Source: a virus | Lineage: Duplodnaviria; Caudoviricetes | Reading direction: 5' to 3' (one strand) | Length of the DNA stretch: 64,000 bases | Virus record (IMG/VR): IMGVR_UViG_3300005719_000012 | Location: 3,695-67,694 of that record | Shown here: positions 34,463 to 43,410 of the stretch, piece after piece | Position numbering within the stretch: position 1 is the stretch's first letter | How the letters are laid out: every line of letters starts with the position of its first letter | The notes under the pieces: generated by a model | Database searches by the model: none | What the model saw: only the letters and a program-made list of their open reading frames with translations | Told to the model about the DNA's origin: nothing | Program-made: the position numbers and the translations under genes

Positions 34463-34523
34463 AGAAGCCCGGCACGTGGACGTTTACACACAGTAAACCA
34501 TGCAATAACCGTGCCGGGCTTCT
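34463..34523. other. Long hairpin in divergent intergenic region
   Basis: 14-bp perfect inverted repeat AGAAGCCCGGCACG/CGTGCCGGGCTTCT enclosing GTTTAC-acaca-GTAAAC. Confidence 0.7.
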
Positions 34524-34526
34524 CCC

Positions 34527-34556
34527 TTGACAACCATCCGCCGCCTCGTATATCGT
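34527..34556 (+). promoter_or_regulatory. Promoter for the envelope/lysis-like operon
   Basis: TTGACA-18-TATCGT upstream of ATG 34582. Confidence 0.5.
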
Positions 34557-34581
34557 TGCTCGCATAACACACCACAGGTAT

Positions 34582-35961
34582 ATGACGGGTGTGTTAGGAG
34601 TTAATAAACTGATGACGCCTGCACTGTCCGGATCGCGCGCCGTGATTCTCTCCTGCCTTTTACCTTTCCTATCGACTGGCTGTATTTCGTCTCTCCCGCC
34701 CGAAGATCGTGCCGTCGTTATCAATTCGACAATCAGCGCGCTTATCAGCGGTGCGGTAAAAGTCGCAACCGAGGACGTGAGCGTGTCTTCGGCGTGCGCG
34801 GCTGAAACAAAAAAGCTGACAGGCCGCACGCATACGTACGCGGAATGGCAAAAATTGATTCTAGCGTGCCAGTCGCCGAGTACTCGCGTGACGACGGAAG
34901 CAGTTACGCCTATCTGCACGACTGTAGATCCGCGGCCGAGTCTTTGGCCGCGAGTGCCCGCGGGATTCAATTTGACATTCCGCTCCGAGTGGCTCAATTC
35001 ACTTCGAGCGCTTCCGGCGTCTATGCGTGGGTTTGATACGGGAGCGCTACAGCTCAACACCGTCACTCGCTGTTGGGAAATCCTCACGATTGGCGGAGCT
35101 GATCCGGGATACTTTTGGCGTCCATACGATTCGCGGTTCGACTTCATTTCTGCGTCGAAATTCAACCGCTACGGCCCGGGTGTTGGCGGCGGGCATTCGC
35201 ACGGTAATGACGGTCTCGTTTGCAGCCCCGCTGAATGGCTGAACGAAATCGAACACAGAACAGGCATAAGTCTGTTGACGTGTGAAAGCATCGAAGTGCT
35301 CGATACGTGGTATAACCGCGGGTTGTTTTATTCGCTCATGGCGCAGTACAACGCGTTGCACCCTCAGACACCGACACCGAGCCCGCCAGTCGTGCCGCCG
35401 GTCGCACCTCCTCCTGTTATGCCTCCTATCGTCACACCCCCGAGCTGTCCTGAGGGGCAAGCATGCCGCGCGCCCTGTGAAGTCTGCAAAACATGCGAGC
35501 CGTGTAAGGTCTGCGAGACTTGCGTTACATGCTCACCGCTACCGGTACTGAAACCGATTCCCTCAGACGTGCTCGCAACCGCGACTCATGCATTTGAATG
35601 GGTCGCAGATCAAACGGCAAAAAATCCGGCAAAACGAAAAGAAGCGCTGCGCCGAGTTGAGGCACTTCATCGTCTGCAAGACTGGCTACAGGCGCAGCAA
35701 GCATGTCAGATGGTTGTCGGTGATGACTTCTCTAAGGTCGATGTACTCGGTGGCTTGCTGAGCGGACTTAGGACTAGGCCGAGTAAGCAGCCAACAAAGG
35801 AGCAAGTCGTCGCGCAGGAACCGGTTTGGTTTTGTGGAATGACAGCGGACAGCACTGGCTTAGTGCGTAAGGTCAAGCTAGCTATCACACAGGACGGCTT
35901 TAGTTTGGAGCTAAAGGACTGCGGCAGGGTTGAAATGAAGCGCTGCTCGGAGGATCGGTAG
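34582..35961 (+). CDS. Putative lipoprotein with Pro-rich linker and CxxC repeats
   Basis: Hydrophobic VILSCLLPFLSTG|C lipobox-like site; PTPSPPVVPPVAPPPVMPPIVTPP; CEVCKTCEPCKVCETCVTC. Confidence 0.6.
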   Translation: MTGVLGVNKLMTPALSGSRAVILSCLLPFLSTGCISSLPPEDRAVVINSTISALISGAVKVATEDVSVSSACAAETKKLTGRTHTYAEWQKLILACQSPSTRVTTEAVTPICTTVDPRPSLWPRVPAGFNLTFRSEWLNSLRALPASMRGFDTGALQLNTVTRCWEILTIGGADPGYFWRPYDSRFDFISASKFNRYGPGVGGGHSHGNDGLVCSPAEWLNEIEHRTGISLLTCESIEVLDTWYNRGLFYSLMAQYNALHPQTPTPSPPVVPPVAPPPVMPPIVTPPSCPEGQACRAPCEVCKTCEPCKVCETCVTCSPLPVLKPIPSDVLATATHAFEWVADQTAKNPAKRKEALRRVEALHRLQDWLQAQQACQMVVGDDFSKVDVLGGLLSGLRTRPSKQPTKEQVVAQEPVWFCGMTADSTGLVRKVKLAITQDGFSLELKDCGRVEMKRCSEDR

Positions 35962-35965
35962 TGCC

Positions 35966-36808
35966 ATGAATACGGTAAGCTCCGAAAGCCAGAATCTTGA
36001 CGTCCACGGCGCAATGGAGGTGTTCCACGCCTGGGCGCAAAACGGCGGCAATCGTCCTGCCGGCAAATCCGCTCTGTCACGCATCCTCTCTGAGCCTTTT
36101 CCGCTCGGGCAATTCGGCGGTAAGTCGGAAAATATGAAGCTCGCACGCGGTGTTTTGAATGGACTTGAGTGGAATGACTGGCGGAATCTAGAAACGATCC
36201 TGCGCCGCTATGCCACAATCGGTCACCAGGGAGGAGAAATCTTTCCCGCATCTCATGACCAAATTAATCATGCGAGTGTGGGCGTAGCACTACTCGTCGC
36301 GTACAATAATGACATGTCTACGCTAGAGGACTTGCTCATCGAATGGCACCAGCGGCAATTTCGCCTTTGCCGCTTGCTGGACACGTCTCCGCTCAAAGAC
36401 GCAAAGGGCCGGCCTGTAGGTCCCTGGGGGCCTGGTGCTCGTGCTGACAAGACGATCTATGGCAATAACGGCGGACGTACTCTTGCGTACATGGCTGCAC
36501 AGGGCCAGATGCCGCGGGCCGCTCAGCTTGCCGATCGCAGTAATGCCGGTGCCTTGGCAATAAAGATGATGTCGGCAAGCCTGCGCAATCGACTGCTTGA
36601 AATACCTAAATCGCTAGTCCTCTCTCTCAAGCTACATATCGGCCAGGGCGAAGATCAAGATTATATTGCGTGGTTCGATCAAGCACCCAACGATTATGTC
36701 GCCGTCGCTGGCGTCTGGTTTGGAAAGCTATTTGCATCTCGCGCATTCGGCCTTGACAGTGATACGGAAAAGATTGAAGCATGTCACAGGATTGAGGTCG
36801 TCGGCTAA
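35966..36808 (+). CDS. Hypothetical protein
   Basis: 280 aa in operon; no motif recognised. Confidence 0.6.
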   Translation: MNTVSSESQNLDVHGAMEVFHAWAQNGGNRPAGKSALSRILSEPFPLGQFGGKSENMKLARGVLNGLEWNDWRNLETILRRYATIGHQGGEIFPASHDQINHASVGVALLVAYNNDMSTLEDLLIEWHQRQFRLCRLLDTSPLKDAKGRPVGPWGPGARADKTIYGNNGGRTLAYMAAQGQMPRAAQLADRSNAGALAIKMMSASLRNRLLEIPKSLVLSLKLHIGQGEDQDYIAWFDQAPNDYVAVAGVWFGKLFASRAFGLDSDTEKIEACHRIEVVG

Positions 36809-36924
36809 TGATCATTATTCGCGTTCTGGTAGCAATCATCGGTATTGTCTGGTCCGCAGAGATCATTTTCGGCATCTGGCTTGTAGGGTCTGCGTTATTC
36901 GATCGTGATACATCAATAAAGTAG
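36808..36924 (+). CDS. 38-aa single-TM peptide (MIIIRVLVAIIGIVWSAEIIFGIWLVGSALFDRDTSIK)
   Basis: TAATG overlap; strongly hydrophobic. Confidence 0.5.
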   Translation: MIIIRVLVAIIGIVWSAEIIFGIWLVGSALFDRDTSIK

Positions 36925-36931
36925 GGCAATC

Positions 36932-37408
36932 ATGACGAATGCCTCGACGTCTCCCGTGATCGATCCGACGAAGAACGTCCTGGAGCACGTAGCGGCTGCT
37001 GTGCGGCGACTAGACGACGTCGCTGCCTTACGCGAAGAGCTTTCGAGGGAGCGAACCGAAAACCTACGCCGCGAGATGGAATTACGGGCGCAACATGCGG
37101 TTCAAATTTCTACCGCCGAAGCGAGACGCGTTGATGCCTTACGTGAACTCGATCGGTTAGAGACGAGATCTCAAACCGAGCAAGCGCGTCAGGTAGCCGC
37201 AACGCTACAAAGCGCGACCGAAGTCATGGCGCAGAAACTCGCCGCGATCGCCGAGACGATCCGCAAAGAACTTGACGCACGCGTGGGTGTTGTAGAGCGA
37301 TATCAAGCCGCGGGCTCCGGCAGAGGTTCGGGTATGGAAAAGCTCTGGGCTTTGATCGGCGGCGGCATATTGTTGGCTTTGGCGTTATGGAAGGGACTTT
37401 CGCATTGA
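36932..37408 (+). CDS. Coiled-coil protein with C-terminal TM (holin/lysis-associated candidate)
   Basis: DPTKNVLEHV start, long helix, terminal LWALIGGGILLALALWK. Confidence 0.6.
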   Translation: MTNASTSPVIDPTKNVLEHVAAAVRRLDDVAALREELSRERTENLRREMELRAQHAVQISTAEARRVDALRELDRLETRSQTEQARQVAATLQSATEVMAQKLAAIAETIRKELDARVGVVERYQAAGSGRGSGMEKLWALIGGGILLALALWKGLSH

Positions 37409-37433
37409 CACATTTATTAGTGGAGACGCAAAG

Positions 37434-37799
37434 ATGACCATGAATCCTCTGCTGTCTCTATTGGCTGATCCCGACTTATCGTGGGTTTTTACCAGCGCCG
37501 GAAATGTTCTCATTGGTCAGGCGATACTGGGATTGATTGGTTTTATTGGCTTCTACGCTGTCATCAAGCGGTTTATGAATAATGACTTTCCCGTGGCCAT
37601 GAAGGGTGTGCACGATCGCCTTGACACCTTGCACGTTGACTTGAAGCACCTGGAGGAGGAGTTCAGACGCACAGTTCTCGATATCGAGCGGCTAAAAGAA
37701 CGACAAGACTACATGAAATCCCGGATCGAACGTCTTGAGCAGCAGCCGTTAGATGACACACGTTCCGGCGGACGTAGAAGAGGCCCGCAAGGTCAATAG
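37434..37799 (+). CDS. Holin/XhlA-like membrane protein
   Basis: N-terminal TM (VLIGQAILGLIGFIGFYAVI) followed by a coiled coil and a basic tail. Confidence 0.55.
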   Translation: MTMNPLLSLLADPDLSWVFTSAGNVLIGQAILGLIGFIGFYAVIKRFMNNDFPVAMKGVHDRLDTLHVDLKHLEEEFRRTVLDIERLKERQDYMKSRIERLEQQPLDDTRSGGRRRGPQGQ

Positions 37800-37802
37800 T
37801 AT

Positions 37803-38135
37803 ATGTCGCAACGCTTGACAAGTCTTACTGATTCCCGTGAGCGTGTCCAGCTTACGGTAATCCTGCCCCACGGATCGGTAATGATTCCTTCATGGCTCAT
37901 GGCCTGTTTTCTTGCAACGTTTTTGATTTCTCCGCTCGCACTTGTTCTTGTCTGGAATGAAAGCTTCCAACAGACGAAAGAAATCAGAGTATTGCAGCTA
38001 CACATTCAGGACCTTGAAAACGTAATGATAAGGTCCGGCGCAGCGACAAGGTCTGATTTTATTCGTTGGACGGACGCTAAAGCAGGTCGAGAGCAACCTA
38101 GGCAAAAACCGACTGTACGGAGGGCACCACAATGA
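37803..38135 (+). CDS. Single-TM membrane protein
   Basis: WLMACFLATFLISPLALVLVW followed by a short coiled coil. Confidence 0.55.
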   Translation: MSQRLTSLTDSRERVQLTVILPHGSVMIPSWLMACFLATFLISPLALVLVWNESFQQTKEIRVLQLHIQDLENVMIRSGAATRSDFIRWTDAKAGREQPRQKPTVRRAPQ

Positions 38136-38482
38136 AGGACGACAAGGCCGACAACACAAGCCCAAACGGCTCAACCTCGAACCCCGAGATCCGCTGTTGT
38201 ATTCTCGACTTGCCCTGCTGTCGCCCGCCGGGCACCCAGGTAGACGCCGTCATGCTCAAGATGGCGCACGGTATTCTCGGCGACACATACATGCCGCGAC
38301 GGCTGAAAATCGAAGACATCCGCGAAATGGACTGGTATCAGACGGTACGCGCGGGCGTCGAAGAGCTACTGTCCGAGTACGGACTCGTGCCGCGATCAGT
38401 CGCGAGCGCGATCCGTGACGGATATGCGGAGTTCATGCAGAGCACGAGTAGCAAGAGTAAGGAGCACAAGGAGCAGTCGTAG
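38132..38482 (+). CDS. Hypothetical protein
   Basis: ATGA overlap; CCILDLPCC motif. Confidence 0.55.
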   Translation: MKDDKADNTSPNGSTSNPEIRCCILDLPCCRPPGTQVDAVMLKMAHGILGDTYMPRRLKIEDIREMDWYQTVRAGVEELLSEYGLVPRSVASAIRDGYAEFMQSTSSKSKEHKEQS

Positions 38483-38510
38483 GTCCTTTCGACGAGAGGT
38501 CGGCTCGTCT

Positions 38511-38546
38511 AGGCCCGATCGCTTGGCTCGCGGTCGGGCCTTTTTT
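38511..38546 (+). terminator. Rho-independent terminator
   Basis: AGGCCCGATCGC-7-GCGGTCGGGCCT followed by a T run; preceded by a GACGAG/CTCGTC hairpin. Confidence 0.85.
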
Positions 38547-38639
38547 GCGTCCAGGCGCTTAAGTTCTTTGTTTGCAATGACTTGAGCACAACTTACGCCT
38601 CGTTCGCGAAGTGACTTTCAGGGAAAGTGGGGAAAGCAC

Positions 38640-38668
38640 TTGACACGGGGAAAGTAGGGGTGTAAGCT
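38640..38668 (+). promoter_or_regulatory. Sigma70-type promoter with GGGAAAG direct repeats
   Basis: TTGACA-17-TAAGCT; three GGGAAAG copies within 38621-38655. Confidence 0.65.
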
Positions 38669-38712
38669 CCTCTCAGATCGAACGAGAACCCCCAAGGAGA
38701 CCAAGCCCATAA

Positions 38713-38910
38713 ACAGACACTACAGAAGTCCGCGTTGATGGCGTCCGAAAGTTTTCAGGTGCAGAGAGTCTCGCGAGGAAGATGTTTTGGGTCGCTGTTG
38801 AGGAATATCCCGGCTGTACTGTTGAGCTAGTAGACTCGTCCGGAGTCATTGATTTCGTAGATGAAGGCAAGACAAGATCTAAGTCTCTTTCAGCTCGAAA
38901 CCTAGAGTAA
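38713..38910 (+). pseudogene. Protein-like frame lacking a valid start (TDTTEVRVDGVRKFSGAESLARKMFWVAVEE...)
   Basis: SD aaggag is followed by 'cccATAAacagac' where ATG ACA would be expected; damaged start or assembly error. Confidence 0.4.
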
Positions 38911-38913
38911 GCC

Positions 38914-39165
38914 ATGCGCGACTACCTTGATCTCCAGAAAGCTCCTCACAATCGCGAGGAGCACAATATCTACAAAGCGCGTACTCGTGCTGTGGCGTTA
39001 ACGTTTGCGCGCCGTTATGGGTGGTCTGCAAAAAACTTACGCCTCGCATGTAGTCATGTTGATGCTTGGTGGGTTATCGCGCAATGCATAGGAGATCAGA
39101 TGACGTTTCTATGCCGTGACGGTTCGTGGGTTACACTACCCTATCCTGGATACGTCAAGAAGTAG
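38914..39165 (+). CDS. Hypothetical protein
   Basis: 83 aa in operon. Confidence 0.55.
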   Translation: MRDYLDLQKAPHNREEHNIYKARTRAVALTFARRYGWSAKNLRLACSHVDAWWVIAQCIGDQMTFLCRDGSWVTLPYPGYVKK

Positions 39166-39174
39166 GAAGGACTA

Positions 39175-39363
39175 ATGCACAATTTCAACATAAAGCTACA
39201 AGACCGCGAAATCGATCTCTGGCGCAAGGGCCAGCATTGCGCCGAGTCTAAGTCTCTAAGCGCCTTCGTGCGTGACTGTGTACGACAGCGACTCACTGCG
39301 CTCGGCCTCACGGGTGCGACGCAGAGCAGCGTTGAAGCGTCCTCTTTCGAGGACGAGTTGTAA
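39175..39363 (+). CDS. RHH-like regulator
   Basis: FNIKLQDREIDLW...SLSAFVRDCV; ends SSFEDEL* inside promoter copy 2. Confidence 0.6.
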   Translation: MHNFNIKLQDREIDLWRKGQHCAESKSLSAFVRDCVRQRLTALGLTGATQSSVEASSFEDEL

Positions 39364-39418
39364 AATCTTTGCCGGCGTCGATTTGGCCCTTGACAGGTGT
39401 ACTCGCATAGAGTACGCT
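39339..39418 (+). promoter_or_regulatory. Tripartite promoter copy 2
   Basis: GTCCTC-tttc-GAGGAC, AGTTGTAAAATCTTTG, TTGACA-17-TACGCT; inverted repeat GTACTC-5-GAGTAC over the spacer and -10. Confidence 0.8.
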
Positions 39419-39437
39419 GGGAGAGTCAAAGGGAGAG

Positions 39438-39607
39438 ATGAACATGAGCCACACGAACACGACCGAGCAGACCTACCGCGTCACCGTCGTCTATGCCAGC
39501 GGCCGAGTCTGGCGGGTTCGTGGGCTTTCCCTCTACGACGCGATCGAGTCAAGGAAGCGACGATGCAGCAGGAAGGCGCGATCGCGGGATACTGCATTCC
39601 GGAATGA
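39438..39607 (+). CDS. Small hypothetical protein, apparently frameshifted near 39541
   Basis: MNMSHTNTTEQTYRVTVVY... rejoins DRVKEATMQQEGAIAGYCIPE* if one base is added. Confidence 0.4.
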
Positions 39608-39620
39608 GGAGAGTACGAGA

Positions 39621-39902
39621 ATGGCGGCTACATTTGCTTACGCATGGCGATCGGGCTTGTTAGAGTTCGGATCGACTGTTCCTGACGGCGCCATAAAGAT
39701 TGGCCGTCTCGGTTCCGGAGTCCGAAAAGCTGACATTGAAGCTCTCGCGCGCCATTCGCGCACTGTGAAGGGTCAACTACTTGTTCCCGGAGTTCCCGAG
39801 GCACTAGACGACACCGAAGCAGTAGATGCGCTGATCCGCTTTGAATCCATGGTCAAGGAGCGACAGGTTAAGCGTCAAGCGAAATCAGGAGGCAGAGGAT
39901 GA
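39621..39902 (+). CDS. Homologue of Mu-like prophage protein often labelled host nuclease inhibitor
   Basis: AYAWRSGLLEFG...ALARHSR...QLLVPGVPEA...DALIRF, recognised from memory; own SD gaggag. Confidence 0.55.
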   Translation: MAATFAYAWRSGLLEFGSTVPDGAIKIGRLGSGVRKADIEALARHSRTVKGQLLVPGVPEALDDTEAVDALIRFESMVKERQVKRQAKSGGRG

Positions 39903-39943
39903 ATGTTAACTACTTTGCTCGGCCCGTTAAGATCTGGTGAGCC

Positions 39944-40165
39944 GTGATAGTCAGGTACGGTCGTACCTGTCCGGCGCGAGGATTTCTTCCGATCTTTTCA
40001 GTCGAGACGGAACAGGAAGCAGAAGAGCTACTTGTCATGACATGTCCTCGGAATCTCAAGAGTGAGTTTGTGGCGCCTGAGCTAGTAGATGAGCAGACGT
40101 TAGACAATCTATTCGCCTTCGGAGATCGCTTGAATGAAGCGTATCAGAAAATGATAAGGTCTTAG
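39944..40165 (+). CDS. Hypothetical protein
   Basis: 73 aa; LPIFSVETEQEAEELLVMTC. Confidence 0.5.
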   Translation: MIVRYGRTCPARGFLPIFSVETEQEAEELLVMTCPRNLKSEFVAPELVDEQTLDNLFAFGDRLNEAYQKMIRS

Positions 40166-40267
40166 CCGCGCGAGCAATTCGGCCCTCGCGGCTTACAGTC
40201 CGAGGCGCTATCTAATGACCTCCTCGTTTGCGTAACGCTCCGGACCTTTTTCTCTCACGAGGCATCG

Positions 40268-40420
40268 ATGCCGAGACGGAATTACGTACAGGTTCGCTTT
40301 GACGAGGACGAGAACAAGGCTGTGCAATCGGAGGCTTCTCGGTGTTCATTGTCGCGTGCGGCGTGGATCCGCATGGTCATTCGCGAGTATTTACAGAAAC
40401 TTAAGGAGGCGGCATCGTGA
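40268..40420 (+). CDS. 50-aa RHH regulator (missed by ORF track)
   Basis: MPRRNYVQVRFDEDENKAVQSEASRCSLSRAAWIRMVIREYL; shares LSRAAWI with the 33057 protein. Confidence 0.75.
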   Translation: MPRRNYVQVRFDEDENKAVQSEASRCSLSRAAWIRMVIREYLQKLKEAAS

Positions 40421-40761
40421 GCGAAGAGTATAGAGAGAAATCTTACATCTTTACCGCTCCGCAGGTTTTTGACTCGCTTGACGATGCGTTGACATTTACC
40501 GCGGCACGCCCTCGCGCTGTGTTTCAAAGCGAGAGGTTCTATGATCGGTACCGAACGTGGCTTGTCGTTTTCGTCGGCCCTCACTGCCCGATCTGCGGCC
40601 TATCTGATGGCGTCTCGGACCCAGGCGCGCCGGACCCTCGTAGACAAGGTGGCGCCGAGCACATTTGCTGGAAGTGCGCCAAAGCTTATAAGCCGTTTAT
40701 TCAACTCGCGCAACGCCAAGCTAGGAGAGAAATCAATGGACATTCTATATGGCCAAGATAA
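40417..40761 (+). CDS. Hypothetical protein with CxxC..CxxC
   Basis: HCPICG...HICWKCAK; GTGA overlap. Confidence 0.55.
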   Translation: MSEEYREKSYIFTAPQVFDSLDDALTFTAARPRAVFQSERFYDRYRTWLVVFVGPHCPICGLSDGVSDPGAPDPRRQGGAEHICWKCAKAYKPFIQLAQRQARREINGHSIWPR

Positions 40762-40966
40762 TCTAGTCGGGCAACGAATGCAGAACACGATCACTTATGC
40801 CATGCAGTCGAGTCACAAGTTCAGCCTTCAGCCGGGAAGCAAGTTCAACAGCGCACCGAAACTCTCCGCGGCGGGGCAGTTTTATCTCGCATGCGAGCAT
40901 TGCAAGCGCTGTGTATTCGAGGACGGCACAGGCTCGGCAACTGAAACTCATGTTTGCGGCTACTGA
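40736..40966 (+). CDS. Hypothetical protein
   Basis: SD aggag; starts MDILYGQDN; CEHC motif. Confidence 0.5.
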   Translation: MDILYGQDNLVGQRMQNTITYAMQSSHKFSLQPGSKFNSAPKLSAAGQFYLACEHCKRCVFEDGTGSATETHVCGY

Positions 40967-41003
40967 AAGTTTGCTAATCTTGTAGCCTCTGGGAGCACAA
41001 TTT

Positions 41004-41336
41004 ATGGATAAACCCATGCGTGGTTCTTTTCGCCCGTTGAACGATCTGGAGATCCGGGCAATACGAAGTCTAAACCGGAGTATGCGCCTCAGCAAGCATA
41101 TTGAGGCTTTTCGACTCGAAGACATGGAAGTATCGTATGAGTTCATGCAGGGCGGTTTCTGTGTCTGCGTTGTCTTAGTTTACTCGGTGGCAAAACGAAA
41201 GAACTCTGTACGCTACGTAGAGACTGTGTTTTATGGTGCATCTCGGCGCTCCTACAAAGATCCTCGGAATAGCACAAAGGGAGAGATGCTTGCGTTCTGT
41301 CGCGCGATGAAGTCCTCGCGAGGAACACAGATATGA
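41004..41336 (+). CDS. Hypothetical protein
   Basis: 110 aa in operon. Confidence 0.55.
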   Translation: MDKPMRGSFRPLNDLEIRAIRSLNRSMRLSKHIEAFRLEDMEVSYEFMQGGFCVCVVLVYSVAKRKNSVRYVETVFYGASRRSYKDPRNSTKGEMLAFCRAMKSSRGTQI

Positions 41337-41623
41337 GTCGTCGAGCGCTAGGACCGCAAGCGATCCGGCTGATACACGAAACCGCAGAGGCGGTAAACGA
41401 GATCGAGGAGCGGGCGGCATCCGCAGAAGCGCCAAAGCGTGCGCTCAAAGCAAGTCGCCGGCACGTCTCTGAAACCGAAAAAGCGCTTCATCCGTCCGCG
41501 GCTCTTCGAAAATGCGCTTGTGGCGTTCGGTTTATCCCCTCGACAACAAAGGGCGATAGCCCGGCGAAGTGTCAGACGTGCAATCGATCATGGTCTAAAC
41601 TCTTTGTTAGGCCGATTATCTAG
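41333..41623 (+). CDS. Hypothetical protein, coiled coil plus zinc ribbon
   Basis: KCACG...KCQTC. Confidence 0.55.
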   Translation: MSRRALGPQAIRLIHETAEAVNEIEERAASAEAPKRALKASRRHVSETEKALHPSAALRKCACGVRFIPSTTKGDSPAKCQTCNRSWSKLFVRPII

Positions 41624-41638
41624 GCGCAGGATCGAAAA

Positions 41639-41884
41639 ATGAACCACGAGACCTTTACGCTTTCTCAGATCTCCCAAGTAACCGGCATCTCAATGCCTAC
41701 TTTGATCAAATATAAAAAAGAAATAACCGAGACTGATGGAATTTCTTGGGGAGCGGGACGCAAAATGCGGTTTAATTTCGGCGCCCTATCTTGGTTTAAG
41801 AGCCGACGGGCAAAATCCCTTCCGGGAGGACGGCCTTCCAAAAGGAAACGAGAAGCTTTGGTCGCACGGATCACCAAGACTTAG
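41639..41884 (+). CDS. MerR/excisionase-like winged-HTH protein
   Basis: FTLSQISQVTGISMPTLIKY...GAGRKMRF; basic tail. Confidence 0.65.
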   Translation: MNHETFTLSQISQVTGISMPTLIKYKKEITETDGISWGAGRKMRFNFGALSWFKSRRAKSLPGGRPSKRKREALVARITKT

Positions 41885-41904
41885 AAAGTGAGTGTCTATT
41901 CGCG

Positions 41905-43395
41905 ATGCGCCCTTCCGATTTTAACCTCGACGCGAGACGCTTTCGCGCATTTCACGCCGTCCAAGAACGTGCGATCCGCGATCTCTCAGCGTCGTTCGCG
42001 CCACGAGATTTGCTCATCGCGCCGACAGGCTCAGGCAAGACGTTAATTAATTGGTGTGCGGGAAAAATCCACGGCGAACGCATGCTCTATCTTGTAAGTA
42101 CCAAAAGCCTAGAGGATCAAGTGTTGGACTCTCTACTATCCGCCGGCATGGAGGGAATCCGTGGACATAGTAATTACCCATGCGCTACTCGCAACACACA
42201 AGACGACTCTTTCGAGTGTAGTAAATCTCGTGGGTGCCGCTACCGCGACAAAGTCTACGCATGCCGCAAGTCATCTGCGGTAACCACGAACTACGCACAC
42301 CGAGTTCATATGATTCTCGCCGGCGACGAGAACCGGCTTGGTGAATTCGACGTCTTGATTTGCGATGAAGCACACAAGCTCGTGGAGAGTGTATGCTCTC
42401 ACGTTGGATTTACGTTGTCGGATCGTGTACTCGCGGATCTCGGCGTGGGCGTTCCGTCAGATCTCGGCGACGATACTGCGCGCAAATTTATTGATTATCT
42501 TGCATCGAAGCTAGAACGCGAGAAGAAAGACAAGCCGCACTTAACTTCGATTCTCACACGTGTGAATCTCTTTCGCCATGACTCGTCGCGGGCCTGGGCA
42601 ATCGAACGCCGACACAGTCGCGCGCATGAGCTTGAAGTCGTATTCTCGCCCGTCTGGCCGCTCGATTTGGTGCAATCGTTTGTCTTCGGTAAGATCCCGA
42701 AAGTGATACTCTCCTCTGCGACGATCCGCGAGGACGAAATGCCGCGGCTGGGAATATCAAAACGCGATCTTTCAGTTACGCGTGTCCCTTCAACGTTTCC
42801 AAAAGAACGCCGACCGGTCGTGTTTTATAACTCGCCGCCGCATGTGCGCCTCTCCGGCAAGTCTTCCCCAACAGACAAGAAGCGAATTATAAACCGCACG
42901 GACATGCTAACGTCAGAGTTTCGACACCTTCGGGGATTGATCCAGTGCACGAGCTACGAATGGGTACAGTTGTACAAGTCGATTTCGCGACATCCGCAAC
43001 GATACCTTGAGCATTTTTCGAGTAAACAACTCCGCGCAACGCTGGCACAATTCAAAAACTCGCCGCCCGGGCAGTTTCTCCTATCACCCTCGTGCAAGGA
43101 GGGAGAAGATTTTCCCTACGACGCCTGCGAGCTTATCATTGTGCCCAAGGTGCCGTTTATCGACGTGCGTCCGGCGCTTCAGGCCTTGCGGCAGAAGTCC
43201 GACCCGGGATATCGGCTGAGCGAGACGGCGAGAATCGTGGAGCAGATGTGCGGCAGGGGCATGCGTCGCGCGGACGATTTTTGTTTGACCGTGATCCTTG
43301 ACGCACAATGGCTATGGTTCAATCAACAGGCGCCGTTTTCGCCTCACTTTCGTGACGCGTTTCATATCGCGAGTGATCTACGGGAATGGAAGTAA
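41905..43395 (+). CDS. DinG/XPD-family SF2 helicase
   Basis: APTGSGKT, GHSNYPC..C..C (Fe-S-like), DEAH, LSSAT, EGEDF, IVPKVPF and QMCGRGMRRADD. Confidence 0.85.
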   Translation: MRPSDFNLDARRFRAFHAVQERAIRDLSASFAPRDLLIAPTGSGKTLINWCAGKIHGERMLYLVSTKSLEDQVLDSLLSAGMEGIRGHSNYPCATRNTQDDSFECSKSRGCRYRDKVYACRKSSAVTTNYAHRVHMILAGDENRLGEFDVLICDEAHKLVESVCSHVGFTLSDRVLADLGVGVPSDLGDDTARKFIDYLASKLEREKKDKPHLTSILTRVNLFRHDSSRAWAIERRHSRAHELEVVFSPVWPLDLVQSFVFGKIPKVILSSATIREDEMPRLGISKRDLSVTRVPSTFPKERRPVVFYNSPPHVRLSGKSSPTDKKRIINRTDMLTSEFRHLRGLIQCTSYEWVQLYKSISRHPQRYLEHFSSKQLRATLAQFKNSPPGQFLLSPSCKEGEDFPYDACELIIVPKVPFIDVRPALQALRQKSDPGYRLSETARIVEQMCGRGMRRADDFCLTVILDAQWLWFNQQAPFSPHFRDAFHIASDLREWK

Positions 43396-43410
43396 AAAAA
43401 AGGCGACCAA

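Noticed and set aside
38673-38915. Minus-strand 80-aa ORF
   Set aside because: It runs antisense to a promoter-driven plus-strand operon. The plus frame reads as a more natural protein and has the SD.
39438-39902. Single 154-aa fusion protein as listed in the ORF track
   Set aside because: An internal SD and ATG at 39621, plus a natural stop at 39607 in the adjacent frame, indicate two genes joined by a one-base deletion.
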